From assembly GCF_030013595.1 (NCBI RefSeq), contig NZ_CP122768.1: a stretch of 64,000 nucleotides of DNA; one strand, written 5' to 3'. Under the pieces are notes generated by a model. The model did no database searches. It was given only the letters and a program-made list of their open reading frames with translations, and was not told the DNA's origin. The stretch comes from Escherichia coli. GTDB lineage: Bacteria > Pseudomonadota > Gammaproteobacteria > Enterobacterales > Enterobacteriaceae. The position numbers and the translations under genes are program-made. Shown in pieces: positions 1 through 10,363 of this stretch. Position 1 is the first letter of the stretch, and each line of letters starts with the position of its first letter.

Positions 1-1506
1 AGCGGTTTTCTTACCCAAAAACCGGGGATCTGCCTGACAGTTTCTGCGCCAGGATTCCTCAATGGTTTGACCGCATTGGCCAACGCAACGGTAAATGGTT
101 TTCCGATGATCATGATTAGCGGCTCCAGCGACCGCGCGATCGTCGACCTACAGCAAGGTGATTATGAAGAGCTGGACCAAATGAATGCGGCAAAACCGTA
201 TGCCAAAGCAGCATTCCGCGTTAATCAGCCGCAGGATCTTGGCATTGCATTGGCACGCGCTATCCGGGTCTCAGTATCGGGTCGCCCTGGCGGAGTTTAT
301 CTTGATTTACCAGCAAATGTCCTGGCCGCGACGATGGAAAAAGACGAAGCGTTAACCACGATTGTAAAAGTTGAAAATCCGTCGCCAGCATTATTGCCAT
401 GCCCGAAGTCAGTCACTAGCGCAATTTCGCTTTTAGCAAAAGCTGAACGTCCATTAGTTATCCTTGGCAAAGGCGCGGCGTATTCACAAGCGGATGAACA
501 GCTTCGTGAATTTATTGAAAGTGCCCAGATTCCATTCCTGCCAATGTCTATGGCGAAAGGGATCCTCGAAGATACACATCCACTTTCTGCGGCAACTGCG
601 CGTTCGTTTGCCCTGGCAAATGCTGACGTTGTCATGCTTGTTGGTGCACGACTGAATTGGTTACTGGCACACGGTAAAAAAGGATGGGCGGCAGATACAC
701 AGTTTATTCAACTGGATATTGAACCGCAGGAAATTGACAGCAACCGCCCCATTGCTGTGCCAGTCGTTGGCGATATTGCATCCAGTATGCAAGGTATGCT
801 GGCAGAACTGAAACAAAACACATTTACGACTCCACTGGTATGGCGCGATATTTTAAATATCCACAAGCAGCAAAATGCACAAAAAATGCATGAAAAATTA
901 AGTACAGATACTCAACCATTAAATTACTTTAATGCATTAAGTGCTGTGCGCGATGTATTGCGCGAGAACCAGGATATTTATTTAGTTAATGAAGGTGCAA
1001 ATACCCTGGATAATGCACGAAATATTATTGATATGTATAAACCACGTCGCCGTCTGGATTGTGGTACCTGGGGTGTCATGGGCATCGGTATGGGCTATGC
1101 CATCGGTGCTAGCGTGACCTCTGGTTCTCCGGTTGTCGCCATTGAAGGTGATAGTGCTTTTGGTTTCAGTGGGATGGAGATTGAAACGATTTGTCGATAT
1201 AACCTGCCGGTGACGATCGTTATTTTTAATAATGGCGGCATCTACAGAGGAGACGGTGTTGATCTCAGTGGCGCTGGTGCACCATCACCAACAGATCTAT
1301 TGCACCATGCAAGGTATGACAAATTAATGGATGCGTTTCGTGGCGTTGGCTATAACGTCACTACGACAGATGAACTTCGTCATGCTTTAACCACCGGTAT
1401 TCAGTCGCGCAAACCGACCATTATTAATGTGGTCATCGACCCTGCAGCAGGAACTGAAAGTGGCCATATTACCAAACTTAACCCAAAACAAGTCGCTGGT
1501 AATTAA
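1..1506 (+). CDS. oxc: oxalyl-CoA decarboxylase (TPP enzyme), 5'-truncated by window edge
   Basis: Reading frame is open from position 1; translation has TPP-enzyme character; conserved position upstream of yfdV-yfdE as in E. coli K-12. Confidence 0.85.
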   Translation, partial: SGFLTQKPGICLTVSAPGFLNGLTALANATVNGFPMIMISGSSDRAIVDLQQGDYEELDQMNAAKPYAKAAFRVNQPQDLGIALARAIRVSVSGRPGGVYLDLPANVLAATMEKDEALTTIVKVENPSPALLPCPKSVTSAISLLAKAERPLVILGKGAAYSQADEQLREFIESAQIPFLPMSMAKGILEDTHPLSAATARSFALANADVVMLVGARLNWLLAHGKKGWAADTQFIQLDIEPQEIDSNRPIAVPVVGDIASSMQGMLAELKQNTFTTPLVWRDILNIHKQQNAQKMHEKLSTDTQPLNYFNALSAVRDVLRENQDIYLVNEGANTLDNARNIIDMYKPRRRLDCGTWGVMGIGMGYAIGASVTSGSPVVAIEGDSAFGFSGMEIETICRYNLPVTIVIFNNGGIYRGDGVDLSGAGAPSPTDLLHHARYDKLMDAFRGVGYNVTTTDELRHALTTGIQSRKPTIINVVIDPAAGTESGHITKLNPKQVAGN

Positions 1507-1575
1507 ATACTGACATCGTCTCCTCTTGCCAACTCATTATGCGATGGTGAGGGGACCCTTATCGGAAATACTATT

Positions 1576-2520
1576 ATGCTAACATTTTTTATTGGCGATT
1601 TATTGCCTATTATCGTAATCATGCTGTTGGGTTATTTTAGCGGCAGACGAGAAACTTTTTCAGAAGATCAAGCCCGGGCATTTAATAAACTGGTATTAAA
1701 CTACGCTCTTCCTGCGGCTCTATTTGTATCTATTACCCGAGCAAACAGGGAAATGATTTTTGCGGACACTCGTCTGACCCTTGTATCACTTGTGGTTATT
1801 GTCGGATGTTTCTTTTTCTCCTGGTTCGGTTGCTACAAATTTTTTAAACGTACTCATGCAGAAGCAGCAGTATGTGCATTAATTGCAGGTTCACCTACCA
1901 TTGGATTCCTGGGATTTGCAGTTCTCGATCCTATTTATGGTGATTCCGTATCAACAGGTTTAGTGGTAGCAATTATTTCAATTATCGTTAACGCAATTAC
2001 TATTCCTATTGGTCTGTATTTGCTGAATCCCTCCTCAGGAGCGGATGGTAAGAAGAATAGTAATCTGAGCGCATTAATTTCTGCGGCAAAGGAGCCAGTA
2101 GTATGGGCACCTGTTCTGGCAACGATCCTGGTGTTGGTTGGGGTAAAAATTCCGGCAGCATGGGACCCAACCTTTAATCTGATTGCGAAGGCTAACTCAG
2201 GGGTAGCGGTATTCGCTGCGGGGTTGACTCTGGCTGCACATAAATTCGAGTTCAGTGCCGAAATTGCTTATAACACCTTCCTGAAGCTAATTCTGATGCC
2301 ACTGGCGCTGCTTCTCGTTGGTATGGCATGTCATTTGAACAGCGAACATTTGCAGATGATGGTACTGGCAGGCGCCTTACCGCCGGCATTCTCCGGAATC
2401 ATTATTGCCAGCCGGTTTAATGTCTACACCCGCACTGGTACAGCGTCACTGGCTGTGAGCGTACTGGGCTTTGTCGTCACGGCTCCTTTGTGGATTTATG
2501 TCAGTCGACTGGTTTCATAA
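1576..2520 (+). CDS. yfdV: AEC-family membrane transporter YfdV
   Basis: 314-aa highly hydrophobic multi-helix ORF; synteny oxc-yfdV-yfdE. Confidence 0.8.
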
Positions 2521-2522
2521 TT

Positions 2523-2531
2523 AATCATGTT
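2523..2531. repeat. IS1 target-site duplication, left copy (aatcatgtt)
   Basis: Identical 9-mer immediately flanks both IS1 ends. Confidence 0.85.
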
Positions 2532-2546
2532 GGTAATGACTCCAAC

Positions 2547-3050
2547 TTACTGATAGTGTTTTATGTTCAGATAATGCCCGATGACCTTGTCATGCAGCTC
2601 CACCGATTTTGAGAACGACAGTGACTTCCGTCCCAGCCTTGCCAGATGTTGTCTCAGATTCAGGTTATGCCGCTCAATGCGCTGAGTATAACGCTTGCTG
2701 ATAACGTGCAGCTTTCCCTTCAGGCGTGATTCATACAGCGGCCAGCCATCCGTCATCCATACCACGACCTCAAAGGCCGACAGCAGGCTCAGAAGACGCT
2801 CCAGTGTGGCCAGAGTGCGTTCACCGAAGACGTGCGCCACAACCGTCCTCCGCATCCTGTCATACGCGTAAAACAGCCAGCGCTGACGTGATTTAGCACC
2901 GACGTAGCCCCACTGTTCGTCCATTTCAGCGCAGACAATCACATCACTGCCCGGTTGTATGCGCGAGGTTACCGACTGCGGCCTGAGTTTTTTAAGTGGC
3001 GGAAAATCGTGTTGAGGCCAACGCCAATAATGCGTGCACTGGCGCGACAT
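2547..3050 (-). CDS. insB: IS1 transposase InsB
   Basis: 167-aa ORF matching IS1 InsB, -1 frame relative to insA (InsAB' frameshift arrangement). Confidence 0.9.
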   Translation of the reverse strand: MSRQCTHYWRWPQHDFPPLKKLRPQSVTSRIQPGSDVIVCAEMDEQWGYVGAKSRQRWLFYAYDRMRRTVVAHVFGERTLATLERLLSLLSAFEVVVWMTDGWPLYESRLKGKLHVISKRYTQRIERHNLNLRQHLARLGRKSLSFSKSVELHDKVIGHYLNIKHYQ

Positions 3051-3244
3051 CCGACGCCATTCATGGCCATATCAATGATTTTCTGGTGCGTACCGGGCTG
3101 AGAGGCGGCGTAAGTGAACTGTAGTTGCCATGTTTTACGGCAGTGAGAGCAGAGATAGCGCTGATGTCCGGCGGTGCTTTTGCCGTTACGCACCACCCCG
3201 TCAGTAGCTGAACAGGAGGGACAGCTGATAGAAACAGAAGCCAC
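2969..3244 (-). CDS. insA: IS1 InsA (zinc-finger transposition inhibitor)
   Basis: 91-aa [43 protein letters not shown]... Confidence 0.9.
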   Translation of the reverse strand: MASVSISCPSCSATDGVVRNGKSTAGHQRYLCSHCRKTWQLQFTYAASQPGTHQKIIDMAMNGVGCRASARIIGVGLNTIFRHLKNSGRSR

Positions 3245-3299
3245 TGGAGCACCTCAAAAACACCATCATACACTAAATCAGTAAGTTGGCAGCATCACC

Positions 3300-3308
3300 A
3301 ATCATGTT
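3300..3308. repeat. IS1 target-site duplication, right copy (aatcatgtt)
   Basis: Identical 9-mer to 2523..2531. Confidence 0.85.
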
Positions 3309-3370
3309 ATTGATTTTACATAAATGCCGAAGTGTCTTTTCACCTTCGGCTTTTTTCAAGGCATAAGCAA

Positions 3371-4516
3371 ATGACAAATAATGAATGCAAAGGGCCGTTT
3401 GAAGGCTTATTAGTTATCGATATGACACATGTCCTTAATGGACCTTTCGGAACTCAACTTCTTTGTAATATGGGCGCAAGGGTAATTAAAGTTGAGCCGC
3501 CGGGTCATGGTGATGATACCCGCACATTTGGTCCCTATGTGGATGGACAGTCACTCTATTACAGTTTTATTAATCATGGCAAAGAGAGTGTGGTTCTTGA
3601 TTTAAAGAATGATCACGATAAAAGTATATTTATAAATATGCTTAAACAAGCTGATGTATTAGCTGAGAATTTTCGCCCAGGTACAATGGAAAAACTGGGG
3701 TTTTCATGGGAAACGCTACAAGAAATCAACCCGCGTCTCATCTATGCTTCATCGTCAGGTTTTGGGCATACCGGCCCGCTAAAAGATGCTCCAGCCTACG
3801 ATACCATCATTCAGGCAATGAGCGGGATAATGATGGAAACAGGGTACCCTGATGCTCCGCCAGTGCGCGTGGGTACCTCTCTTGCGGATTTATGTGGCGG
3901 TGTCTATTTATTCAGTGGAATAGTGAGTGCACTTTATGGCCGCGAAAAGAGCCAGAGAGGGGCGCATGTCGATATAGCGATGTTTGATGCCACGCTGAGT
4001 TTTCTGGAGCATGGTCTGATGGCATATATTGCGACAGGGAAGTCACCACAACGCCTGGGAAATCGCCATCCCTACATGGCACCTTTTGATGTTTTTGATA
4101 CTCAGGATAAGCCGATTACTATTTGTTGTGGTAATGACAAGCTTTTTTCTGCGTTATGCCAGGCACTGGATCTGACGGAGCTGGTTGATGATCCCCGATT
4201 TATCAGCAATATTTTACGCGTACAAAACCAGGCTATTCTTAAACAATATATTGAGCGAACGTTAAAAACGCAGGCAGCTGAAGTTTGGTTAGCCAAAATA
4301 CATGAAGTTGGTGTGCCCGTCGCGCCGTTATTAAGTGTGGCTGAGGCCATTAATTTGCCACAAACTCAGGCGAGAAATATGTTGATTGAAGCCGGAGGAA
4401 TAATGATGCCAGGTAATCCGATAAAAATCAGCGGCTGCGCGGACCCGCATGTTATGCCGGGAGCGGCAACGCTCGACCAGCATGGGGAACAAATTCGCCA
4501 GGAGTTCTCATCATAA
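3371..4516 (+). CDS. yfdE: Family III CoA-transferase (acetyl-CoA:oxalate CoA-transferase YfdE)
   Basis: Translation MTNNECKGPFEGLLVIDMTHVLNGPFGTQLLCNMGARVIKVEPPG... is CaiB/BaiF family; start chosen at internal ATG of the 394-aa ORF. Confidence 0.8.
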   Translation: MTNNECKGPFEGLLVIDMTHVLNGPFGTQLLCNMGARVIKVEPPGHGDDTRTFGPYVDGQSLYYSFINHGKESVVLDLKNDHDKSIFINMLKQADVLAENFRPGTMEKLGFSWETLQEINPRLIYASSSGFGHTGPLKDAPAYDTIIQAMSGIMMETGYPDAPPVRVGTSLADLCGGVYLFSGIVSALYGREKSQRGAHVDIAMFDATLSFLEHGLMAYIATGKSPQRLGNRHPYMAPFDVFDTQDKPITICCGNDKLFSALCQALDLTELVDDPRFISNILRVQNQAILKQYIERTLKTQAAEVWLAKIHEVGVPVAPLLSVAEAINLPQTQARNMLIEAGGIMMPGNPIKISGCADPHVMPGAATLDQHGEQIRQEFSS

Positions 4517-4571
4517 ATGTAAGATGTGCTGGTAAATAGCTCCCACATTTGAATATTGTGGGAGCCGCTAT

Positions 4572-7500
4572 TTAGTCATTTTGTTGACAGAAAACAGCTA
4601 TCTCCTGGTCCAGCTCTGCAATGTGTTCTTTAACAGAGTTCAGCAGCTGAAGAATTTCAGGCTTACTGTCATCTGAAACAGGTGTTATTTCTAACTGATG
4701 GCTAATATTAATCAACTTTTGCAAATTCAGGATGTTAGCCGCACCGTGGATGCGATGAATACACTGATGGAAAGTTCTGTTGTCGCCAGCTTCTAGTGCA
4801 TGAAACGCAGCGGGTAGATCTTTATGCGTTTCATGCTGGAAAGTCATGAGAATCTCCTGCATCAGTTGTAGATCGTTCGCCGTATTATTTTTCAGGGCCT
4901 CGATATCAAGGTGGCGATACTGAGGTGCAATAGGCGCAACCTGGTGTAACTGACTTAAATGTGTTTTCAGTACATCCAGGGTCAACGGTTTGAACAAACA
5001 TAAGTTCATGCCGCAATTTAACCCTTTTTCACGTTCGTTAGCCTGTGCGTTGGCTGTAAGCCCCCAGATGGGTAAGGCCGAATTTTGCTCACGGAGTTTG
5101 CGAGTCAACTCAAAACCATCCATATTCGGCATATTAACGTCAGTAATAAGCAGATCATAATGTTGCATACTGACTTTGTGTAGCGCTTGCACACCATCAG
5201 TGGCTTCATCAACATCATATCCTAATAGATTTAGCTGGCGTTTGAGTAATAGCCTGTTGGTCGGATGATCATCCGCGATTAATATGCTCAACTTTTCAGG
5301 GAGTGTCATAGGTTGTTCTGCTTTTGCCTCGACAGTCGCCACTTGTTGGGTAATTTCTACCGGGATTGTGATCGTAAATGTCGTTCCTATGCCTGGATGA
5401 CTTTCTAATGACAAATCGCCCTGCATGTTTTTAATTAATTCTTTGCAGATCATTAAGCCTAAACCAGAACCTGTTTGCTGACGACCTGCACTTGTTTGGC
5501 TATAGCGTTTAAACAGTTGTTGTTGTTCTTCCTGCGATAATCCACTTCCAGAATCCATAATCGTCATTTTGATTACAGCGTGGTTGTCATCAATGTTAAC
5601 CAGGGAGGTCGTAATTTTTACTGCCCCCTCGGTGGTAAATTTGAGAGCATTGCTCAGTAAATTAGATAAGACCTGCTTAAACGCCTGAGGGTCGATCTTA
5701 ACCAGGTAATGTTCAGGAAACGTACTGCTGCAACTTAATGCGATGGATTTGCTTGCAGCAATCGCACCGAAAGAGTGACAAGTGTTCTGGACTAAAGTAG
5801 GGATATCGACCCATTGTGGTTGAAGTTGATAGTTACCCGACTCAATTTTGTCGACATCAAGGATTTCACCAATTAAGCCGAGGAGTGATTGTCCGGTGGC
5901 GTAGGCAAGTGAAATCGCCTCCACCCGTTGTTCCTTGCTAAGACCAGAACCCGACAGAAGTTCCAGGAAGCCCATAATGGAGCTTATTGGTGTTCTTATT
6001 TCGTGACTCATTGTTGCCAGAAACTGACTTTTTGCGACAGTTGCATTGATCGCTTTATTTCTCTCTACTTCGAGAGCGTGAATTAAATCACGTGTCTCGG
6101 TAATATCTTGCCAACCACAAATATAAACAGCATGATCGCTGGCTGGCAGATTGCATAATGTATGCCAGTGATTAATGCATCTTTTCTCGATGCCATTATC
6201 AATTTCAAATACCTGTGTGTATATTGTTCGATTTTCTTTCGTTTCTGCTGTGACTTCATGCGCATTAGAAAAAACATCTTTAAAGGGTGAGTCACTGTTT
6301 TCTAATGGTAACATTGCATTTTTGTAGTAATCCGCAGTGAAATAATGTTCAAAAGCACTATTATGACTAATGACATTACCTTGCCAGTTTACAACATAAG
6401 TTGGATTCGGTAAGGAATCCGAGAGTGCTTTTCGGAATGATATTTGGTTTTCTAAATCACCCTGAATGACTTTACGACGACGAACTGAGCGTAACAGGTA
6501 GAATCCCCATAAAAGGCTACTGCCAACTAATAAAACGGATAATGTCGTGACAATATAAAATTGCTCGCTATAGAGGTCCCATGTGTCAATGGTCACATTG
6601 GGCATTTTAATCCATTTTTCCGTCAGGCGCAGAACTTCGCTTGGGGGAATTGCATTCAGAGCTTTATTAATAATATCCTTAAGTTCCGGTTCTCCGCGAG
6701 GAAAAGCGAACGAAAGCGATGCATTCTGAACGCCGGGAATAAGAAAATGATAAAGTTCATTAGGATAGTAATGGTCGATCATGTAACGCGAATTTAGCTG
6801 TGTCGCGACCAGAGCATCAAGTTCACCTTCCTTGACCTTGTGAAATGCAGCGCTGGCGTTATCGACTTTTATCCACTCTACCTCCGGATACATCTCTTTT
6901 AATTGCGAATGCAGCTCATAATAATATGGAATGGCAACTTTCATTCCTTTTTTTAATGTTTGTTCACTGTCAGGCGCTTTTTGCATGACAAAAACGTAAG
7001 GCGTTGTTATGAAGGCTTCAGCAAATAAAACATTATTTTCTCTATCTTCACTATAAATAGCACCGGGTAATATATCCCATCCGCCGGGATTCAGCTGTGT
7101 TCCAGCATGGATATTGTGTGAAACGGTGATCGGAGAAAAATTTAAACCTGTTTGCAAGGTAATAATATTAAGAATATCCCCCATAACGCCCCGAACCGAG
7201 CCATTTTCATCCGTCATAGAATAGGGAGGGGAGTAAGGATTTTCCAACACCTTTAAATCGGGATGCTGCTTAATCCACTGTTTTTCATGTTCAGTGAGTT
7301 CTAATGGTTTGTTCAGAAAGGCCAGGTTTCCTGTATCAAGCCAATTTTGTGATACTTCATAGCGAACTTCGTTTGTCAAAGCATCAACAAATCGATTGAG
7401 TACTTCATTAAGAACGACAGATTCTTTTCTGGTCAAGAAAAAATTATATTGACGCGGTGAGTTATAATATTTCACTACATTTAAGGAGTGAGTGAAATAG

Positions 7501-8165
7501 CGGGAAATCATACTGCTGGTAATAATGTTACTACCAATAAAGTAATCATTCTGTCCGGCTGAGACGGATGCTAATGCCTGATATAAATTTGTAAAAGAGA
7601 TAATTGTTGCTTTTGGAAATGATTGATGAATTACCTCATCTGGAGGGTAATTTGCTACCCGAGCAATATTTACTGGTTTTGATGAGGTAAGCGGTCTCAT
7701 TGAATCGTGAAGGGTGGTGACCAGCGCCGGAAAGGTAATTATCAGCGGTTTGGTTGCAGCAATGTCATCATTAAGAGGCGGCGAAGCAACTAAATGTGAT
7801 AACACTATATCGACTTCCCCTTCTGTAAGCGCGTCCATTGCTTTTTGATGATCTGCGTATTCCCGGAGTGTTAATTTGATATTTAACGCTCTTTTTAAAA
7901 GATTTAAATAATCAGCATTAATACCACGAACCCGTTGCTGCGAATCGGTACGCAACAAAGTAGCCGTTTGGGACTTGTGTACTGCAATCACAAGATTTTT
8001 TTTGCTCGCTAACCAACGTAATTCCTTGTTGCTCAGACGTAGTGGATCAAGCGTGACACGGTTGTTACTACTGATGCCACGATATTCGATGTAATCTTCG
8101 TCTGCGAAACTTATAGTCGACCAAAGACCACAACAGAGAAGAATAATATAGGGTAAAAACTTCAT
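4572..8165 (-). CDS. evgS: Hybrid sensor histidine kinase EvgS (periplasmic solute-binding-like domains, HisKA/HATPase, receiver, HPt)
   Basis: 1197-aa ORF with SHEIRTP H-box, receiver domain and C-terminal HPt; immediately downstream of evgA. Confidence 0.9.
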   Translation of the reverse strand: MKFLPYIILLCCGLWSTISFADEDYIEYRGISSNNRVTLDPLRLSNKELRWLASKKNLVIAVHKSQTATLLRTDSQQRVRGINADYLNLLKRALNIKLTLREYADHQKAMDALTEGEVDIVLSHLVASPPLNDDIAATKPLIITFPALVTTLHDSMRPLTSSKPVNIARVANYPPDEVIHQSFPKATIISFTNLYQALASVSAGQNDYFIGSNIITSSMISRYFTHSLNVVKYYNSPRQYNFFLTRKESVVLNEVLNRFVDALTNEVRYEVSQNWLDTGNLAFLNKPLELTEHEKQWIKQHPDLKVLENPYSPPYSMTDENGSVRGVMGDILNIITLQTGLNFSPITVSHNIHAGTQLNPGGWDILPGAIYSEDRENNVLFAEAFITTPYVFVMQKAPDSEQTLKKGMKVAIPYYYELHSQLKEMYPEVEWIKVDNASAAFHKVKEGELDALVATQLNSRYMIDHYYPNELYHFLIPGVQNASLSFAFPRGEPELKDIINKALNAIPPSEVLRLTEKWIKMPNVTIDTWDLYSEQFYIVTTLSVLLVGSSLLWGFYLLRSVRRRKVIQGDLENQISFRKALSDSLPNPTYVVNWQGNVISHNSAFEHYFTADYYKNAMLPLENSDSPFKDVFSNAHEVTAETKENRTIYTQVFEIDNGIEKRCINHWHTLCNLPASDHAVYICGWQDITETRDLIHALEVERNKAINATVAKSQFLATMSHEIRTPISSIMGFLELLSGSGLSKEQRVEAISLAYATGQSLLGLIGEILDVDKIESGNYQLQPQWVDIPTLVQNTCHSFGAIAASKSIALSCSSTFPEHYLVKIDPQAFKQVLSNLLSNALKFTTEGAVKITTSLVNIDDNHAVIKMTIMDSGSGLSQEEQQQLFKRYSQTSAGRQQTGSGLGLMICKELIKNMQGDLSLESHPGIGTTFTITIPVEITQQVATVEAKAEQPMTLPEKLSILIADDHPTNRLLLKRQLNLLGYDVDEATDGVQALHKVSMQHYDLLITDVNMPNMDGFELTRKLREQNSALPIWGLTANAQANEREKGLNCGMNLCLFKPLTLDVLKTHLSQLHQVAPIAPQYRHLDIEALKNNTANDLQLMQEILMTFQHETHKDLPAAFHALEAGDNRTFHQCIHRIHGAANILNLQKLINISHQLEITPVSDDSKPEILQLLNSVKEHIAELDQEIAVFCQQND

Positions 8166-8169
8166 GTGG

Positions 8170-8784
8170 TTAGCCGATTTTGTTACGTTGTGCGAATGTG
8201 TAAAGATCCATCAGTGATTTACATTCTAATTTTTCCATCAGGCGACTTTTATAAGTGCTGACAGTTTTGTTGCTGATGAACATTTTTTCCGCAATGTCAT
8301 TATTATCCTTGCCATCAAGAATATATCGCATGACACTAATTTCTTGTTTCGATAAGGAGTCGAGTTTTTGCTGGTCGGACGTTAAACTTCCAACAAACCG
8401 GTTGAGAGAGAAGGGGAAATAGCAGTAGCCATTTTTTGCAGCTTCAATAGCCGCAATGATATTGTTCATGCCTTCTTTTTTACTCACGAATCCATTAGCG
8501 CCAGCATCAGCACAATGTTTCCCGTAAAAATGGTCATTTTTAGCGGAGACGATAATAATAATTCCGCTATATTGGCGCTTCCTCAGCGTTTCTAACACCT
8601 GGATACCGTTAACTCCGGGGATATCGACATCAATGATGACGATATCAGGTTTAAGTGTTTCCACCCGCTGAACGGCACTTCCCCCTTCAGTCAACTCCGC
8701 TAAGATTTCAATATCGTTTTTGATCAATAAATTACGAATTGCTGCGATAGCAAGAGGATGGTCATCAATAATTATTGCGTTCAT
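8170..8784 (-). CDS. evgA: Response regulator EvgA (receiver + LuxR-type HTH)
   Basis: 204-aa ORF MNAIIIDDHPLAIAAIRNLL...; operon with evgS. Confidence 0.9.
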   Translation of the reverse strand: MNAIIIDDHPLAIAAIRNLLIKNDIEILAELTEGGSAVQRVETLKPDIVIIDVDIPGVNGIQVLETLRKRQYSGIIIIVSAKNDHFYGKHCADAGANGFVSKKEGMNNIIAAIEAAKNGYCYFPFSLNRFVGSLTSDQQKLDSLSKQEISVMRYILDGKDNNDIAEKMFISNKTVSTYKSRLMEKLECKSLMDLYTFAQRNKIG

Positions 8785-9008
8785 AGATTATTCCCTTGGC
8801 AATGAAGCATCTCCCTTCTCCCTGTAGTAATACAGACATAAGGCATCATCTCATTTTCTCAATAAAAATAAGAAAATTTGAGCTTCCTTTAAGATAATTC
8901 GACAAGTATACCATATAAATAGTCGGCATAAATGAAATGTCAACAATAAAATCAGGGATTGTACCGATGATTTATAGTTTCACATTAGCACTATAAGTCT
9001 TCTCACTA

Positions 9009-9026
9009 ATCCTACATGCGTAAGAA
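9009..9026. promoter_or_regulatory. Candidate EvgA box (ATCCTACA-TG-CGTAAGAA imperfect inverted repeat) in evgA-emrK divergent region
   Basis: Near-match to the recalled EvgA consensus TTCPyTACA...TGTAPuGAA; sits in the divergent promoter region. Confidence 0.35.
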
Positions 9027-9199
9027 TTGTATTGCAAAAGCTACGGTTTAGTCCTCTGTTGTTTTTTTTGCACCTCATTTAAATTAGGCCTCCAACGTTC
9101 CTGGGACAATGTGCAACACATGCACTGTGTTTGATATGAAGAATGAATACTCTTTTCATTCAATTCATAAATTTCATCTATGCGAAATGAGAGATAATA

Positions 9200-10363
9200 G
9201 TGGAACAGATTAATTCAAATAAAAAACATTCTAACAGAAGAAAATACTTTTCTTTATTGGCGGTAGTTTTATTTATTGCGTTTTCAGGTGCCTATGCCTA
9301 TTGGTCAATGGAATTAGAAGACATGATTAGTACAGATGATGCCTATGTCACGGGGAATGCAGATCCAATTTCTGCACAAGTTTCAGGCAGCGTCACTGTC
9401 GTTAATCATAAAGATACGAACTACGTTCGACAGGGTGACATTTTAGTCTCACTGGATAAGACTGATGCCACTATCGCACTCAATAAAGCTAAAAATAATC
9501 TGGCAAATATTGTTCGGCAAACGAATAAACTGTACTTACAGGATAAACAATACAGTGCCGAAGTCGCTTCAGCACGTATTCAGTATCAACAATCTTTAGA
9601 AGATTATAACCGTCGTGTGCCTTTAGCGAAGCAGGGGGTTATTTCAAAAGAAACGCTGGAGCATACCAAAGATACGTTAATAAGTAGCAAAGCGGCATTG
9701 AATGCCGCTATCCAGGCTTATAAAGCGAATAAAGCTTTAGTAATGAACACACCATTAAACCGTCAGCCACAAGTCGTTGAAGCTGCGGATGCAACCAAAG
9801 AAGCCTGGTTGGCGCTTAAACGTACGGATATTAAGAGTCCGGTTACCGGCTATATTGCCCAGCGAAGTGTTCAGGTCGGCGAAACAGTGAGTCCCGGACA
9901 ATCGTTAATGGCTGTCGTACCGGCACGTCAAATGTGGGTTAATGCTAACTTTAAAGAAACACAACTCACGGATGTACGGATTGGTCAATCGGTCAATATT
10001 ATCAGCGATCTTTATGGTGAAAATGTTGTGTTTCATGGTCGGGTGACAGGGATCAATATGGGAACCGGCAATGCGTTCTCCTTATTACCTGCACAAAATG
10101 CGACAGGGAACTGGATCAAAATCGTTCAGCGTGTACCGGTTGAAGTTTCTCTTGATCCAAAAGAACTCATGGAACATCCCTTACGTATTGGTTTATCGAT
10201 GACAGCAACTATTGATACGAAGAACGAAGACATTGCCGAGATGCCTGAGCTGGCTTCAACCGTGACGTCCATGCCTGCTTATACCAGTAAGGCTTTAGTT
10301 ATCGATACCAGTCCGATAGAAAAAGAAATTAGCAACATTATTTCGCATAATGGACAACTTTAA
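9200..10363 (+). CDS. emrK: Multidrug efflux membrane-fusion protein EmrK (EmrA family)
   Basis: 387-aa ORF with N-terminal membrane anchor and HlyD-like coiled coil; overlaps emrY start. Confidence 0.85.
   Translation: MEQINSNKKHSNRRKYFSLLAVVLFIAFSGAYAYWSMELEDMISTDDAYVTGNADPISAQVSGSVTVVNHKDTNYVRQGDILVSLDKTDATIALNKAKNNLANIVRQTNKLYLQDKQYSAEVASARIQYQQSLEDYNRRVPLAKQGVISKETLEHTKDTLISSKAALNAAIQAYKANKALVMNTPLNRQPQVVEAADATKEAWLALKRTDIKSPVTGYIAQRSVQVGETVSPGQSLMAVVPARQMWVNANFKETQLTDVRIGQSVNIISDLYGENVVFHGRVTGINMGTGNAFSLLPAQNATGNWIKIVQRVPVEVSLDPKELMEHPLRIGLSMTATIDTKNEDIAEMPELASTVTSMPAYTSKALVIDTSPIEKEISNIISHNGQL

Larger units (their letters stand above)
2532..3299 (-). mobile_element. Insertion sequence IS1 (768 bp) with terminal inverted repeats
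   Basis: Ends ggtaatgactccaacttac... and ...gtaagttggcagcatcacc match IS1 inverted repeats; insA and insB ORFs inside; 9-bp direct duplication flanking. Confidence 0.95.

Noticed and set aside
297-655. Overlapping ORFs (112 aa on minus, 63 aa on plus) inside oxc
   Set aside because: Entirely embedded in the oxc coding frame with no independent signals; typical spurious frames in a GC-balanced gene.
3061-3273. 70-aa minus-strand ORF within IS1
   Set aside because: Alternative frame overlapping insA; IS1 is known to encode only InsA and InsB (InsAB').
6083-6797. Short ORFs on both strands inside evgS
   Set aside because: Embedded in a long, well-supported sensor kinase gene; no start signals.
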